A stretch of DNA of 64,000 bases, taken from Nemertoderma westbladi (taxonomy: Eukaryota; Animalia; Xenacoelomorpha). Under the pieces are notes generated by a model. It did no database searches, was not told the origin of the DNA, and was given only the letters and a program-made list of their open reading frames with translations. This document shows, piece after piece, positions 60,750 to 64,000 of the stretch. A program made the position numbers and the translations under genes. The DNA is taken from positions 1 to 64,000 of the forward strand of contig JAUCBJ010007186.1 of NCBI GenBank assembly GCA_032718475.1. The letters are read 5' to 3'. The stretch's first letter is position 1. Every line of letters begins with the position of its first letter.

Positions 60750-61500
60750 CCCCTATTAATGTTTGTGCCCCTAATTAATGATTGTATCCCTCATTAATGT
60801 TTGTGTCCCTCATTAATGTTTGTGTACCTCATTAATGTTTGTGTCCCTGATTAATTTTTGTGTCCCTCATTAATATTTGTGTCCTTCATTAAAAATTGTA
60901 TCCCTCATTAATGTTTGTGTCCCTTATTAATGTTTGTGTCCCTGATTACTGTGTGTCCCTCATTAATGTTTGTGTCCCTCATTAATGTTTGTGTCCCTTA
61001 TTAATGTTTGTATCCCTCATTAATGTTTGTGTCCCTCATTAATGTTTGTGTCCCTCATTAATGTTTGTGTCCCTCATTAATGTTTGTGTCCCTCATTAAT
61101 TTTTGTCTCCCTGATTACTGTGTGTCCCTCATTAATGTTTGTGTCCCTCATTAATGTTTGTGTCCCTTATTAATGTTTGTGTCCCGCATTAATGTTAGTG
61201 TCCCTCATTAATGATTGTATCCCTCATTAATGTTTGTGTCCCTCATTAATGTTTGTGTCCCTCATTAATGTTTGTGTCCCTCATTAATGTTTGTGTCACT
61301 CATTAATGTTTGTGTCCCTCATTAATGTTTTGTCCCTTATTAATGTTAGTGTACCTCATTAATGTTTGTGTCCCTTATTAATGTTTGTGTACCTCATTAA
61401 TGTTTGTACCACTTAATGTGTGTCCCTGATTAATGTTTGTGTCCCTGATAAATATTTGTATCCCAGATTAATGTTTGTGTTCCCTCAATAATGTTTGTGT
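60750..61500 (+). repeat. 19-bp minisatellite array, ~40 units, inverted relative to 59735-60150
   Basis: (CCCTCATTAATGTTTGTGT)n. Confidence 0.95.
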
Positions 61501-61912
61501 CATGGCCGCAATACAAACCAGTATATAAATGATAATTTACGGGGTTTTGCCAGGTTATTGTTTCTGATTTAAGGGGTTTTACAGGTTGTTATTTCTGATT
61601 TAAGGGGTTTTGCCAGATGGACTGAATTTCATATACTTGAATTTACGGTGTTTTGCAAGCCAATTATTGACTTGTGGGGTTCTGCCTCGAAGTGGGCATA
61701 AGTTACGGGGAACTGTCTTTTGCTTATAACTCAAAAATGGCTGGTAGAAAAGCTTCGGGGTTCTGCCAGACGAAAAAGCCGATATCGAATTACCCAAAAA
61801 GTCAAAAACATGAAAATCGAAAAAAATCGACTTTAAGGGGGTTCTGCTTTGAAGGTGACGGTATGTAAGTAGAATAAAATAAACATACTGTAGTTAACCA
61901 AACTAAACTAAC

Positions 61913-62071
61913 ATCAATGTCCTCCACGTGGTACGTCATCTCTGATTTTTTCTCTCGAACTATTTTCTGATATTTTCTTTCTAGTGTTGGTAATAACTTC
62001 CTCTCGCCAATATTGCTTCGAAATTTACAGAATTCGGCCCAGTGAGGAAACAGGAAACGGAATACAGTTTG
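61913..62071 (-). CDS. RGS22: RGS22-like exon (QTVFRFLFPHWAEFCKFR...LERKY)
   Basis: Acceptor TTTCAG and donor GTTAGT. 159 bp, in phase with the preceding exon. Resembles the RGS22 segment that follows FREAQ. The 3' boundary is less certain. Confidence 0.7.
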
Positions 62072-62227
62072 CTGAAATAAAGAGAAAGCAACCAATAAGG
62101 AAACAGGAAACAAAATATATATAGTTCAAAAACGACTACAGTTTTCTGAAGTAACGAAAAAGCACCTGATATGTTACAGAAAAATAAATAAAGTATTGCG
62201 TTATGATTAGTACAGGCCACACTTTAC

Positions 62228-62407
62228 CTGGGCCTCCCGGAATATATACGGATGTATTCTACGTCGGGTTTCTATTATATCGTCGCACTGTTGTTGGGGA
62301 ATATCGATCTGGAGTTTAGGAGGTAAACTGCTGTCTAAGAAGCAGTTTACGATGGTTTGCACTTTGTGTTTAAGGAGGGCGTCGTCAGCGTGTCCGTGAT
62401 ACATGTC
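62228..62407 (-). CDS. RGS22: RGS22-like exon, RGS domain
   Basis: DMYHGH...KVQTIVNCFLDSSLPPKLQIDIP...PYIFREAQ. AG/GTAAAGT boundaries, 180 bp, phase 0/0. Recognised as the last RGS domain of RGS22. Confidence 0.85.
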
Positions 62408-62911
62408 CTAATGTGGAGTAAATAAATCAAATAATCTGGTGTCATTGGTGCGAGTTTCATATAGGCACCCAGATTAATGTGTATGGTGACAAAATTAATT
62501 ACCGTACCAATATGAAATGGTTAACCTCGTAGGTTACAATGTGGCGGAGAAGTGGATCTTTTATAGAGTGGCGATCCAGACTCAATTCACAACCCCAAAT
62601 AACAGTCACAAGGGTTGCGAGTAATGCGAGTTTTAATGATTATAATGGTTTGGACCTGACTAGACCAACAAATCTGACAACAAGTAAAATACCATTGAAT
62701 AAAAAGTGATTGAACGTTATCGGTATCTATGCGTGACGATGCCGAAAACATTCAATTTGGTGTTGAAACCATATTCAGCTATCTGTAAAGTAACCAAACT
62801 CTGGTTTTGTAATAATGTACTCGTTTACAGGAAAGGAACAGCGCTACGCACTCAGTCAACTGAAAATATTTTTATATACAACAAACAAGCTGTAATAAAA
62901 ATAAAGTTTAC

Positions 62912-62987
62912 CTTAAATCTTTGAATTTCCTGCCAAAATAAGACGTCATTGGATAACATATGTTCCTGGTTCACAACAGCAACATAT
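62912..62987 (-). CDS. RGS22: RGS22-like exon (YVAVVNQEHMLSNDVLFWQEIQRFK)
   Basis: Acceptor TTTCAG and donor GTAAAC. Contains the RGS motif LFWxExxxFK and splices in frame to the next exon. Confidence 0.82.
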
Positions 62988-63294
62988 CTGAAATAAATAA
63001 ATAGAGTATGGTACTCGAAACTTCGCAAAGCGCCTCAACGACTTAACGGAACGGAAATGGCATGTCATTTATGTGCTCATGATTATTAAAAGCCAATATC
63101 CCCAATTAAATACTAGTTAAATAGCCTATGAAGTCTTTTCATCTCCGTATAAGCTATATGGTATAAGCTACACGACAGACTAGAAGAGACAGCATCTAAT
63201 GGCGGTCTATTTGTAAAAACCACAATTTTCTCTGTAAATTAATCTTGAAGAATTCTACTCCCCCCCCCCCCCCCAAAAAAAAAAATACATCCCC

Positions 63295-64000
63295 GTATCC
63301 TAGTTGTGCGGACGATGTATCCTAGTGGTGTGGACGATGTATCCTAGTGGTGTGGACGATGTATCCTAGTTGTGTGGATGATGTATCGTAGTGTTGTGGA
63401 CGATGTATCCTAGTGGTGTGGGTGGACGATGTATCCTAGTGGTGTGGACGATGTATCCTAGTGGTATGTGTGGACGATGTATCCTAGTTGTGTGGACGAT
63501 GTATCCTAGTGGTGGTGTGGACGATGTATCCTAGTTGTGTGGACGATGTATCCTAGTGGTGTGGACGATGTATCCTAGTGGTGTGGACGATGTATCCTAG
63601 TTGTGTGGACGATGTATCCTAGTGGTGTGGGTGGACGATGTTTCCTAGTTATGTGAACGATGTATCCTAGTGGTGTGGACGATGTATCGTAGTGGTGCGG
63701 ACGATGTATCGTAGTGGTGCGGACGATGTATCCTAGTGATGTGGACGATGTATCGTAGTGGTGTGGACGATGTATCCTAGTGGTGTAGGTGGACGATGTA
63801 TCCTAGTGATGTGGACGATGTATCCTAGTTGTGTGGACGATGTATCCTAGTGGTGTGGACGATGTATCCTAGTGGTGTGGACGATGTATCCTAGTGGTGT
63901 GGGTGGACGATGTATCCTAGTGGTGTGGACGATGTATCCTTGTGATGTGGACGATGTATCCTAGTGGCGTGGACGAAGTATCCTAGTGATGTGGACGATG
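63295..64000. repeat. ~22-bp minisatellite (GTGGACGATGTATCCTAGTGGT)n, intronic, continuing past the window end
   Basis: About 30 units with small length variants. Confidence 0.97.

Larger units (their letters stand above)
58655..61860 (-). mobile_element. Non-autonomous TIR DNA transposon, copy 2 (Sola-like), just 3' of an RGS22-like exon
   Basis: Same TIR as 9794-14314. The 4-bp TSD GTAT is at 58651-58654 and 61861-61864. Confidence 0.88.

Overview
Eukaryotic (animal, probably invertebrate) AT-rich DNA made mostly of nested transposable elements around two host genes. The first is an intronless WDR76/Cmr1-like WD40 gene (+, 34375-36117) whose last codons seed a 33/34-bp minisatellite. The second is three exons of an RGS22-like gene (-, 61913-62987). 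A P-element (14508-34224, 8-bp TSD) contains an L2/CR1-group LINE and a deleted BEL/Pao LTR retrotransposon, which itself holds a TA-targeting DNA transposon. A second, near full-length BEL/Pao copy (41618-57297, preceded by a duplicate of its own 3' region) splits a CRE-like non-LTR element that appears to carry a Ulp1-type protease. Two copies of a 4-bp-TSD TIR element (Sola-like) carry inverted 19-bp satellite arrays. MULE, piggyBac-like, LINE and MITE remnants are also present. The most striking signal is that both BEL/Pao copies lack a tRNA-type primer-binding site. Instead, the 12 nt after the 5' LTR are the exact reverse complement of a 12-mer inside the LTR, which suggests Tf1-like self-primed reverse transcription in a BEL/Pao family. 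The family also has a ~3-kb post-pol region with a long G-U-rich hairpin and a relic extra ORF. All calls are by eye, with no database searches or folding programs.
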